From Deltaproteobacteria bacterium (GTDB taxonomy: Bacteria > Desulfobacterota > Desulfuromonadia > Desulfuromonadales > Geopsychrobacteraceae): a DNA stretch of 64,000 bases. The position numbers were made by a program, and so were the translations under genes. The DNA lies in NCBI GenBank assembly GCA_018399135.1, contig JAGYPB010000001.1:21440-85439 (forward strand), given 5' to 3'. The notes under the pieces are model-generated. The model had not been told where the DNA came from, did no database searches, and worked only from the letters and a program-made list of their open reading frames with translations. Shown here piece after piece: positions 28,486 through 37,695 of the stretch. The first letter of the stretch is position 1, and each line of letters starts with the position of its first letter.

Positions 28486-29754
28486 ATGAAACGTCGCGAA
28501 TTTATTCGTTACACCGCCGTCGGTCTTGGGGCCTTGTCTCTTGCCCCAACCGTATCTTTGGCAGCTGTGGCAAGCCTCAAACGAGTAGTCGTTGTTGGTG
28601 GTGGTTTCGGCGGGTTGACCGCTGCACGATATCTCAGACGGTTTAATCCAGCCATTGAAGTGGTGTTGATTGAACGCAATGAAAAGTTTTACTCCTGCCC
28701 AATCAGCAACTGGGTCATGGTTGGCAAGTGGCCGATGAAGGACATCAGTTTTTCATATGACAGTCTTGCGGGGCAGGGAATCAAGGTTGTTCGAGATGAA
28801 ATCATCGGCCTTGATGCGGCTGCAGGCTATGTGCAGGGGAAGGCTGGAAGATACGCTTATGATCGGCTGGTTGTATCACCCGGGATCGATTTTCGTGACG
28901 AGTTGATTGAAGGCTACGATCAGCGCGCCAAGAATGCTTTCCCCCATGCCTGGCATGCCGGTCCGCAAACGCTGCAGCTGCAACAGGAACTTACCGCCCT
29001 GCCTGCTGGTGGTACGGTGATGATGACGGTGCCGGCCAGCCCTTATCGCTGTCCACCCGGCCCCTATGAGCGTGCCAGTTTGATCGCTGATTATTTAAAA
29101 TTAAATAAGCCGGGTGCACGGTTGATTGTGGTTGATCCACATCCCCACATTGCTTCGAAAACCGCTTTGTTTCAATCGGCGTGGGATGACTACTATCAGG
29201 ATGTGATCGATTACCGTACCGAGCAGACCATCATGGGTGTCAATGTCGATAAGAAAAGCATTATGACCCAGTCTGGTGAAATCAGTGCCGATGTGATCAA
29301 TCTGATCCCCAGTCAGAAAGCCGCGGCCCTGGCTTTTACCCTCGGTCTGGTCCCCGACGGTGAAATGTGGGCACCGGTTAAGGCCCGGACCCTGGAATCC
29401 AAGAGGATTCCAGGTGTTTACGTGATCGGCGATGCGACCGATGCCCGCACCAGTGGTCCGATGCCGAAATCAGGCTATGTCGCCAACTCCATGGGCAAGG
29501 TGGTTGCGGCCGCAATTGTTGCTGAACTCGCCGGCAAAAACGTCCCGATCCCATGGTTTGCCAACACCTGCTACAGCATGGTCAGTATGTCGGAGGCGAT
29601 CTACATCACCGGTGTGTATCAGTATGATGCGGCTTTGGACACAACCATTACCATCAATGAGGGCACCAAGGTTTCTAGTGGCCGTTCGGCACTGTATGGT
29701 CGCTATGCAGAGGACTGGGGACCGGCCATCTGGTCTGATATGTTGGGGATATGA
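28486..29754 (+). CDS. fccB: Flavocytochrome c sulfide dehydrogenase flavoprotein subunit (FccB/SoxF-like)
   Basis: Tat signal KRREFI, GGGFGG, SCPISN, YRCPPGPYERA, PKSG, NTCYS. Confidence 0.88.
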   Translation: MKRREFIRYTAVGLGALSLAPTVSLAAVASLKRVVVVGGGFGGLTAARYLRRFNPAIEVVLIERNEKFYSCPISNWVMVGKWPMKDISFSYDSLAGQGIKVVRDEIIGLDAAAGYVQGKAGRYAYDRLVVSPGIDFRDELIEGYDQRAKNAFPHAWHAGPQTLQLQQELTALPAGGTVMMTVPASPYRCPPGPYERASLIADYLKLNKPGARLIVVDPHPHIASKTALFQSAWDDYYQDVIDYRTEQTIMGVNVDKKSIMTQSGEISADVINLIPSQKAAALAFTLGLVPDGEMWAPVKARTLESKRIPGVYVIGDATDARTSGPMPKSGYVANSMGKVVAAAIVAELAGKNVPIPWFANTCYSMVSMSEAIYITGVYQYDAALDTTITINEGTKVSSGRSALYGRYAEDWGPAIWSDMLGI

Positions 29755-29797
29755 GTCAACATAATTCGCTTTACCAGTTGTTTTTGCTGAATGATAT

Positions 29798-29825
29798 TTG
29801 ACAATAGATGGATTTGAGTTACAGT
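29798..29825 (+). promoter_or_regulatory. Candidate sigma70 promoter upstream of the riboswitch
   Basis: TTGACA-16 nt-TACAGT. Confidence 0.45.
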
Positions 29826-29842
29826 TAATCATCTCACAGAAG

Positions 29843-29919
29843 CTTCCGATAAGAGCAAACCCGGAGTAATCCGGGGACGCAAAGCCACGGGTCCCACGGG
29901 GATAGCCGGGTTGCCGAAG
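29843..29919 (+). promoter_or_regulatory. GEMM-I (c-di-GMP-I class) riboswitch aptamer, A20 variant predicted to sense 3',3'-cGAMP
   Basis: GAGCAAACCCGGA-GTAA-TCCGGGGACGCAAAGCCACGGGTCCC...GGGATAGCCGGGTTGCCGAAG matches GEMM-I consensus; base at Vc2 position 20 (29854) is A. Confidence 0.9.
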
Positions 29920-29931
29920 AGCCGATTGTCG

Positions 29932-29963
29932 GGCCCACTTCGGTATGAAGCTGGGCCTTTTTT
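29932..29963 (+). terminator. Riboswitch expression-platform terminator
   Basis: GGCCCACTTC-ggtat-GAAGCTGGGCC followed by T6, 15 nt before the cyclase start. Confidence 0.8.
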
Positions 29964-29978
29964 ACGGGGGCTGGCAAC

Positions 29979-31691
29979 ATGAAGATCTCCCAGGACAACA
30001 TATTCAAACGCAAGCGCAGACGCAGGTTGAAGAAATTGCGCTGTTCTCTTCTGGCTTTCTGGTCTTCTGTGGGCTTACGTTCACGTCTTCTCAGCTTTTT
30101 TTTATTTGTCTCGTTGATTCCGCTGATCGTTCTTTTTTATGCTCAATATCAGATTTCCAGACAAAACGCTGTTCATTTGATCGAAGCCAGTCTGATTCAG
30201 GTGGTAGAAGGGCAGCAACGGCGACTCAACCTTGAGTTGCAGCGTTTGTTGGGACAGTTACATCTGGTCAGTACACGCACCCAGATGCGTATCAGTTTAA
30301 AAGCCTATAACCTTTCGGGTGAAAATCAGCACCTTCATTTGTTGAATCGGATTGTCAACGATGCTCGTGACTCGATGGCTCATTTCGTCGGGATCTGGAT
30401 TCGTAATACTGACGATGTTCTGGTAACACAGGTTACTGAAGAAACGGTCGCAGTTGATGATTTGTTACCACCAGTTTTAAGTTCAGAAGCGGTGCAACTG
30501 CAACTGCACTGGCCACAGGATGCTGATCTTCCCCGTATTTGGCTCAGTGGCCCCCTTTATCTCGAGGACGAAAACATTGGCAGTCTTCATCTTCTGGTAA
30601 CTATGGAAGATCTGTGTGCTGTGTTGGAAGATTTTCCATGCGAACAGTCCGGGGGTAAAACCGTTTTATTGCTGCCTGACAGGAGTCAGCAACTCAGAAT
30701 CATCAGCCCCATTTGCCCTGACCATCCGGACACTATCCAGAGTTATGATCACTTGCTTGAGTCGACCGATCTTTATCACGAGTTGATAGCTCCCGGTGCT
30801 GAGACAGTACCAGTTTATCATCGTGGACAGAAGGTTATGCTGCGCCACCTTGATCATGGCTTTGGTGATGTGCTGGTTTATCTCTCATCGTTGTCACTTG
30901 CGGCCATTTTCTGGAGTCAGATGCGTTATTTGTTGCTGATGACTTTATTTTCACTGATTCTTGTTCTGATAATGTCATTTGCTCTGACCCGCATGATCGT
31001 GCGTCCTGTGCGGGAACTGATCAAGGCAACAGCGATCATGCACTATGGGTCAACCAGTGTGCGGATCAAGGAACGTTTCTGGGGGGAGTTTGCCGAACTG
31101 ACGCGGTCTTTCAATCGTGCTATGCGGATGCTTTCGCGCCGTACGCGGGAGTTGAACCGGGAAATTGAAGCTCGCCGCCGTTCGCAGCAGAAGCTGGTTG
31201 ATCTGGCCAATACCGATACCTTGACCGGTCTGATTAATCGTCGTTTTTTCATGGAGACATTGCGAGAAGTTCTCAGTTCGCCGGGTAGAGAGCGACAACC
31301 GGCTGCGCTGTTGTATCTGGATCTCGATGATTTCAAGCCGATCAATGACAAAATGGGGCATGAAGCAGGTGATCTGGTATTGCAGGTTGTTGCCGGACGG
31401 ATTCGGCATCTGCTGCGGGAAGGGGATCTGGCTGCGCGCCTGGGTGGTGATGAATTCGCTCTTTTATTGATGAAAGACGGAACTCAACATCTTGATCCGG
31501 ACATGGTTGCCCGGCGGGTCGAAGAGCAATTGAGCATGCCGATGACGATTAAAAATCAGGTCGTCATTGTTGGAACCAGTATCGGTGTGGTCCGACTTTC
31601 TCCCGGAGATGACCCCGAAGAGGCCATTAACAGGGCCGATCAGAACATGTATCTTATCAAGCATGCACGCCGTGGTAAGCTATACCGCTGA
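29979..31691 (+). CDS. Membrane sensor-HAMP-GGDEF diguanylate cyclase
   Basis: Two TM segments, HAMP, DTLTGL.NR, DLDDFKPIND.MGHEAGD, I-site REGD, GGDEF. Confidence 0.92.
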   Translation: MKISQDNIFKRKRRRRLKKLRCSLLAFWSSVGLRSRLLSFFLFVSLIPLIVLFYAQYQISRQNAVHLIEASLIQVVEGQQRRLNLELQRLLGQLHLVSTRTQMRISLKAYNLSGENQHLHLLNRIVNDARDSMAHFVGIWIRNTDDVLVTQVTEETVAVDDLLPPVLSSEAVQLQLHWPQDADLPRIWLSGPLYLEDENIGSLHLLVTMEDLCAVLEDFPCEQSGGKTVLLLPDRSQQLRIISPICPDHPDTIQSYDHLLESTDLYHELIAPGAETVPVYHRGQKVMLRHLDHGFGDVLVYLSSLSLAAIFWSQMRYLLLMTLFSLILVLIMSFALTRMIVRPVRELIKATAIMHYGSTSVRIKERFWGEFAELTRSFNRAMRMLSRRTRELNREIEARRRSQQKLVDLANTDTLTGLINRRFFMETLREVLSSPGRERQPAALLYLDLDDFKPINDKMGHEAGDLVLQVVAGRIRHLLREGDLAARLGGDEFALLLMKDGTQHLDPDMVARRVEEQLSMPMTIKNQVVIVGTSIGVVRLSPGDDPEEAINRADQNMYLIKHARRGKLYR

Positions 31692-32104
31692 GAATTGATG
31701 TCGCCCCGGCGCATAAAAACCGCAGATCACCTTGCGCGCCTCTTTATTTTATCCAATCAACCTGTCCGGGTTGATTACAGAATTCGCAATTCCCACTTGC
31801 AATCAGGAACGGCCCTGGAGAGCATTTAGCAACAAATGGATTCTTGACTTTAATCCTTTCTTTTTCAAACCCTTATGTCTGGTGGGCAACTCTTCTTTGC
31901 CTTTACATTTCTTAACGTGCTATTTGGGCGCAGTTTGTTACATTACTTTTGTGACTTTTCAAAGATGTGCCGCACTGATGTTGAAGAGTCTGCAAGGGGT
32001 TATTTTTCAATGAAAGGTATCTGTTCAGCACCGGATAGGGGATCCTGCGCAAGGCCATAGCTGAATAGTTACAATGAATATTTCAATACAGAGGTGGGTT
32101 TAAG

Positions 32105-33469
32105 ATGCGCAAGGTGATTGTCTTTCTGGTATTGATGGTGCTTGCCGGCATAACTGATCAGCAGGTTTTAGCTTTGGACATGAGTTCAGAGCCTTCTGAT
32201 TCAGCAACGGCAGCGAGCGGGCCATCTGTTCCTTTAACCCTTGAACAAATCATTGCTGCAGCTCTGGCCAACAATCCTGAGATTGCCGCCAAAAGCTGGG
32301 ATGTCCATGCAGCACAGGCGAGGGTCGACGCTGCCAGTGGGGCCCGCCTGCCACGCCTGACACTCAACGGTAACTATATGCACCACCTTGACGAACAACG
32401 GCTGATTCCGTCCGCCAGTGACGGCAGCCCTGCTTTGTTCGGACGCGATATTCTCATGGCTGATCTGGTTGTTACTCTCCCCCTTTATGCTGGGGGTCGA
32501 TTGACCCATCAGATCGTCGCCGCTCAACTGCTGCATGACGCCGCCCTCAAGCGCATGGCTCGTAGTCGTGATGAGTTGATTTTTAATGTCACCAGTTTTT
32601 ACAACAGCATTCTGGCCCAGCAGGAACTGATCGTTTCACTGGAGTTTTCTTTGATGACCCTGACACATCATGTGGAACGTATTGACCGTCTGATCGAGGC
32701 GAGGAAAGCCGCCCGGGTTGAACGACTACGTACCCAGGTGCGACTTGCGGATGTTGAGCAACTGCTGGTACGGGAGCAAAACGTTCTGTACTTACAGCAA
32801 CGTGCTTTGGCGGGGCTGTTGGGGATTGATAACTGGGATAGTGGGCCCCTGGTCGCAGGAAAGCTAGAAGATGGATTTGCTGATTTACTTCCGAAATTGG
32901 TGGCAACGTTAGATCGGGCACAATATGTGCGCAGTGATTACCGGGCGGCGGTGTTGGCACTACAGGCACAGGAGCGTCAGGTTAGTGCTTTCCGTGCCGG
33001 TCATCTGCCGTCTTTGTCTCTGCAGGGCAGCTATGGCAGTCGTTGGGGGGTCAGTTCTACTACGGGTAGCGGATCCAGACAGGCCGATGTCGGTCGCATT
33101 GGATTGGTGCTTGAAATACCCCTCTATAGTGGTGGTCAGATCAGTGCCGGTATGCGCGAACAGCAGGCCCTGCTGGCGGCTGCCCAGGCACGTCTGCGAA
33201 CCCTGGAACAACAGATAGCCCTTGAAGTAGAAACTTCATTCCGCAATATCAACGCAGCAGCCCAACGGGGTCGCGCATTGCAGCAAACCCTTGATTTAGC
33301 ACGTGAAAGTCTCCAGATTGAACAGCAAAAATATGATCTGGGCAAGGGGGCTATCATTGATGTTCTTGATGCCCAGGCGGCATTGTTGCAGGCAGAATCA
33401 AATTATTATCGAGTGTTGGCAGATTATCATACAGCGTGGGCGCAATTGACTCTGGCGGTAGGTGAATAA
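32105..33469 (+). CDS. TolC-family outer membrane efflux protein
   Basis: Signal peptide, ALANNP, LPLYAGG/IPLYSGG repeats, DVLDAQ. Confidence 0.9.
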   Translation: MRKVIVFLVLMVLAGITDQQVLALDMSSEPSDSATAASGPSVPLTLEQIIAAALANNPEIAAKSWDVHAAQARVDAASGARLPRLTLNGNYMHHLDEQRLIPSASDGSPALFGRDILMADLVVTLPLYAGGRLTHQIVAAQLLHDAALKRMARSRDELIFNVTSFYNSILAQQELIVSLEFSLMTLTHHVERIDRLIEARKAARVERLRTQVRLADVEQLLVREQNVLYLQQRALAGLLGIDNWDSGPLVAGKLEDGFADLLPKLVATLDRAQYVRSDYRAAVLALQAQERQVSAFRAGHLPSLSLQGSYGSRWGVSSTTGSGSRQADVGRIGLVLEIPLYSGGQISAGMREQQALLAAAQARLRTLEQQIALEVETSFRNINAAAQRGRALQQTLDLARESLQIEQQKYDLGKGAIIDVLDAQAALLQAESNYYRVLADYHTAWAQLTLAVGE

Positions 33470-34569
33470 TGAAAAAATGGTATGTGGGAACGGTTTTGAT
33501 GCTGGCTGCTGTGGTTGCTGTGATATGGGCTGTATTTGTCTGGTTTCAACCAGCAGTTGAAGATGCTGGTGTCGCACCACCTGTTAAAACCGCACCTGCA
33601 CCGATGGTTCGAGTGATGGCGGTGCCGGTTAAGAATTTTGCCGCCAGGCTGGAGTTGACCGGCAGTGTTGAGCCGGTGCGCATCGCGCAACTGGCGTCGA
33701 CGGCTGAAGGTGTAACCAAAAGAATTGTCGTGCGCGAAGGAGGGCAGGTTGATGCAGGTACTTTGCTCGTCACCATCGTCCGTCAACGTGGGGTTGAGGC
33801 ATTGATTAATTCTTTAAGCCGTGAACTTACCCTGGAAGAGGACAATCTACAGCGTTTAATCTTCCTGGTAGAGGCCGGTGCTCTGCCGGCTGAGCAACTT
33901 GATCAAGCCGACATCAGGCGCGAAAAAATTCACGTGCAGTTGACTAATGCTCGCGAAGCAGCGCGGGATTATGAGCTACGTGCGCCCTGGTCGGGAGTCG
34001 TCGGTCGCATTCATGTTAAAGAAGGTGAATTGGTTATACCGCGCGCACCGCTTGTTGAAATGTACGATCCTGCCAGCTTGATTATTCAAACGGCAGTTCC
34101 TGAACATTACGCTTTGGCCATATCCACCGACATGGCAGTAGATGTGAAGTTGGACGCCTATCATGGACAGGTATTTAGCGGCCAGATTGTCCATGTTTTC
34201 CCGCAACTGGATGCGCGTCTGCGTTCCCGAATGATTCATATTTCTCTCGACCAGCCCGTTGTTCTGCTGCCAGGCATGTTTGCCCGGCTGGACATTATTC
34301 TGGAATCCCTGGTGGATGTTCCAGGTGTCCCGGTGGCGGCGGTTCTGTCCAGCCCGCAAGGCCCCGTCGTTTTTGTTGTTGAGGATGGTAAAGCTCTACG
34401 CCGCAAGGTAGAGACAGGTATTGAGAATGACGGATTTGTGCAGATCAAAAAGGGCGTCGATGTTGGTGAAACCCTGATTATTGCCGGCGCGGAAAAACTC
34501 AAGGATGGTGCTGCAGTGACGGTGCGTACGGCTGGAAGCGGTCAGTCGTCAGCGGGAGGCATCAAGTAA
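33469..34569 (+). CDS. RND efflux periplasmic adaptor subunit
   Basis: N-terminal TM, LRAPWSGVV, LLPGMFA, VETG; coupled to neighbours. Confidence 0.9.
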   Translation: MKKWYVGTVLMLAAVVAVIWAVFVWFQPAVEDAGVAPPVKTAPAPMVRVMAVPVKNFAARLELTGSVEPVRIAQLASTAEGVTKRIVVREGGQVDAGTLLVTIVRQRGVEALINSLSRELTLEEDNLQRLIFLVEAGALPAEQLDQADIRREKIHVQLTNAREAARDYELRAPWSGVVGRIHVKEGELVIPRAPLVEMYDPASLIIQTAVPEHYALAISTDMAVDVKLDAYHGQVFSGQIVHVFPQLDARLRSRMIHISLDQPVVLLPGMFARLDIILESLVDVPGVPVAAVLSSPQGPVVFVVEDGKALRRKVETGIENDGFVQIKKGVDVGETLIIAGAEKLKDGAAVTVRTAGSGQSSAGGIK

Positions 34570-37500
34570 TGATTCTGACCCGATACGCTGTTTATCGGCG
34601 GCTTGCTTGTGGCGCCATCGCCGCCTTGCTCGTGGTTCTCGGTATGTATGCTCTGTCGCGTTTACCGATGAACTACCTTCCCTCTATTACCTATCCGTTG
34701 ATCAAGGTGGAAATTCGTTGGGAAGGAGCGGCTCCAGCGGAGATAGAAAAAAATATTGCCCAGTCGGTTGAGCGGGTGATCGCCACAGTGGATCGCCTTG
34801 AGCGCATGGAGTCCTCTTCACTGGAAGGGCGTTACAGCCTTGATGTTCACTTTAAATACGGTGCTGATGTCGATGTCGCTTTCCAGGATGTGACCGCAGC
34901 TCTGGCGCGGGTACGTAACCTGCCTGCCACCGTTGCGGCACCCTATGCATTCAAGGCCGATCCAACCCAAATACCGGTCATGCAGCTGGCTGTTTCGTCC
35001 GATCGCTGGGATCCCGCAACCCTGCGCGATTGGGCTGAAAGCTGGCTTATTGATCGGTTAACTGCGGTTTCCGGGGTCGCCGGCACAGACATTGTCGGGG
35101 GTCTGGTGCGCGAGATTCAGATCTTGCTTGATCCGGTGGCCATTGAAAAGCATCAACTGGTGCTTGATGATATTGTCTCTAAAATCGCAGCAGAAAATAT
35201 TGAACTGACCGGTGGACGGATCACCGTTGGCCCCAAAGAGATCATTGCCCGTACCATGGGCGAGGTGACCGATATCGATGAACTCGGACGTATTGTCGTT
35301 GCCAGTGACGGGTACCAGCGAGTTCTGCTGGCCGATGTCGCAACCCTTGTCGATGGTTATGCCGACAAAAGGGTGAGTGTCCGCTTCAATGGCGGGGAGG
35401 CGGTGCGGATTTCGGTGCTGAAATCGGCCGAAGCCAATATTGTCGAAGTAGCTGATGCGGTCAATCGTCAACTCGACTTGCTGCGCCCCGCACTGCCGGA
35501 AGGGATTGAGCTGGGATACGTCGAAGACCAGTCAGTTTATGTGCGCCAGGCCTTAACCGGGGTCAGCAGTGCGGCCATCGCAGCAGCAGCTCTGCTGATT
35601 GTCGTGATCTATCTGTTTCTCGGTAGTCTGCGTCAGGTAGCAGTTATGCTGATAGCTCTACCCTTGACCCTGATTGTCAATTTTGCCTTGATGAAAGTCG
35701 CCGGTTTCAGCCTTAATATTTTTACTCTCGGCGGTCTGGTGGTTGCCATTGGCGTGGTGCTCGATAACTCTGTTGTTGTTCTGGAAAATACGACCCGGAT
35801 GCATCGTGATTCTCCACAGCAGGATATCCGTACCACTACTCTGAACGCGACAACGGAAGTCAGTCCGGCGTTGATCGCCGCAACCCTGTCGTTTCTTGCC
35901 CTGTTTGTCCCTTTTCTGCTGGTGCCCGGGTTGACCAGTCTGTTATTTCAAGAGTTGATTCTGGTGATTGCCGGTATTGTCATTGTCAGTTTGCTGGTCG
36001 CTCTGACCATGACACCTCTGCTCGCAACCCTCTTTATCAGAAGTGGCAAGAAGCCCCAGCCAGATAGTCTTTTTGAACGGTTTTTTAACCGGGTAGCCAA
36101 TGGTTATGCTGTTATTCTTGATCAGACTGTTCGTTGGCGTTTATTGGTCGTGGCATTGTTTTTTGTGATCCTTGGGGGAGCGATTCTGTTGTCTGGGCGC
36201 CTCGGTGGTGAGTTTTTGCCAATGATTGATGATGGCCAGGTGATGATTCGCCTCGACATGCCAACGGGTGCTGCGGTAGCAGAAACGGATCGAACTTTAC
36301 AACGCATTGAGGAACGTCTCGTTGATGATCCCTTGATTTCCACAATCTTTACTTTTTCCGGTGGTCGGGTAATGGGGATGACGACCAATGAAATTGCTCA
36401 TCGTGGAGAAATTTATATCCAGCTTGTGCCCAGGAGCGAAAGGGATCTCAGTACCGGGGAATATGCCGCTGATTTACGCCGCCGTTTAAATAGCCTGCAG
36501 CCTCCCGGAGGGCGAGCAATGGCGCGCCAGGTACCGATCCGCGGGATTCCCGGAATTCGCTCATCAGATGTTATTGTCAAGGTTCGGGGCCCGGATCTGA
36601 GCAAACTGGCGGAACTGACCGGTACGACGACGCGGTTGGTTAGTGCCGTTGAGGGGTTTCGAAATGTGCGTGGTGGCGTCGATCTGAGCAAGCCGGAATT
36701 TCAGGTTCATATTGACCGGATGAAGGCCGCTGCCCTCGGGATATCAGTGGCCGATGTCAGCCGCTCGTTAAGGACAATGATTACCGGTGTCGTACCCAGT
36801 CGTCTGCGCGACGGTGAACAGTATTATGATATCCGCGTACTCATTCCACGGGAGCAGCTCACCGGGCAGCGTGATCTGGAAAACTTGTTGATCAGTTCAC
36901 GTAGTGGCGTGCCGGTGCGCCTGCGGGATATTGCGACGGTTGAACTGCAGAGCGGGCCGCTGGAGATTCTGCGGGAAGATCAGCTCAAGCAGATTACCGT
37001 TGAGGCTGATATTACTGATAATGATCTGGCCGGGGCAGTACAAAGGCTTGAGGAGGCGTTGGGGGGGGCACAACTGCCGCCCGGATATTCCTACGATCTT
37101 GGGGGGAGTGCCGAAATGATGCTCGATATGAAACGAGCGGTGCTGGCAGTGCTGGTGTTTTCCCTGTTCTTTGCCTTTATTGTTCTGACGGTTCAGTTTA
37201 ACAGTTTCAGACTTCCTCTAGTCATCCTCGCCAGTGTGCCGGTGTGTTTTTCCGGTGTAATTTTTCTGATGTATCAGCTGGCAGTGCCCTTGGGAGCGAC
37301 GGTGATTATCGGAATTCTGGTGGTGGTCGCGGCAACGGTCAATGATGGGGTTTTGCTGTTGACCTATGCCGGTGACATCCGTTACAAGGAGCAGTTGCCG
37401 CCCCGGGCGGCGGTCGTCAAGGCGGCGCGGATCCGTTTTCGCCCACGGGTGATGACCACCGTGACTACCATTACCGGCTTTGTCCCGCTGGCACTGAATA

Positions 37501-37619
37501 TGAGCGATGGTGGCGACATGCTCCAACCGATGGCGGTTGCTGCTATTGGCGGATTGGGGATGGAGATGCTGGTAGCACTGTTCCTCATGCCATGTCTGTA
37601 CGTGATGACAGCCAAATAG
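34569..37619 (+). CDS. RND efflux permease (AcrB/MdtB-like)
   Basis: 1016 aa; AIGVVLDNSVVVLEN, RFRPRVMTT, QPMAVAAIGG. Confidence 0.92.
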   Translation: MILTRYAVYRRLACGAIAALLVVLGMYALSRLPMNYLPSITYPLIKVEIRWEGAAPAEIEKNIAQSVERVIATVDRLERMESSSLEGRYSLDVHFKYGADVDVAFQDVTAALARVRNLPATVAAPYAFKADPTQIPVMQLAVSSDRWDPATLRDWAESWLIDRLTAVSGVAGTDIVGGLVREIQILLDPVAIEKHQLVLDDIVSKIAAENIELTGGRITVGPKEIIARTMGEVTDIDELGRIVVASDGYQRVLLADVATLVDGYADKRVSVRFNGGEAVRISVLKSAEANIVEVADAVNRQLDLLRPALPEGIELGYVEDQSVYVRQALTGVSSAAIAAAALLIVVIYLFLGSLRQVAVMLIALPLTLIVNFALMKVAGFSLNIFTLGGLVVAIGVVLDNSVVVLENTTRMHRDSPQQDIRTTTLNATTEVSPALIAATLSFLALFVPFLLVPGLTSLLFQELILVIAGIVIVSLLVALTMTPLLATLFIRSGKKPQPDSLFERFFNRVANGYAVILDQTVRWRLLVVALFFVILGGAILLSGRLGGEFLPMIDDGQVMIRLDMPTGAAVAETDRTLQRIEERLVDDPLISTIFTFSGGRVMGMTTNEIAHRGEIYIQLVPRSERDLSTGEYAADLRRRLNSLQPPGGRAMARQVPIRGIPGIRSSDVIVKVRGPDLSKLAELTGTTTRLVSAVEGFRNVRGGVDLSKPEFQVHIDRMKAAALGISVADVSRSLRTMITGVVPSRLRDGEQYYDIRVLIPREQLTGQRDLENLLISSRSGVPVRLRDIATVELQSGPLEILREDQLKQITVEADITDNDLAGAVQRLEEALGGAQLPPGYSYDLGGSAEMMLDMKRAVLAVLVFSLFFAFIVLTVQFNSFRLPLVILASVPVCFSGVIFLMYQLAVPLGATVIIGILVVVAATVNDGVLLLTYAGDIRYKEQLPPRAAVVKAARIRFRPRVMTTVTTITGFVPLALNMSDGGDMLQPMAVAAIGGLGMEMLVALFLMPCLYVMTAK

Positions 37620-37695
37620 TTACCATCATTGAAACTATTTGGCTATGCCCTTGACACAGGACCCGAAGGTCCGGTGCTGAACAGATACCCCTCAT

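Noticed and set aside
32010-32060. 16-codon ORF MKGICSAPDRGSCARP upstream of the TolC gene as a leader or RiPP peptide
   Set aside because: Weak SD, no attenuator structure and no maturase nearby
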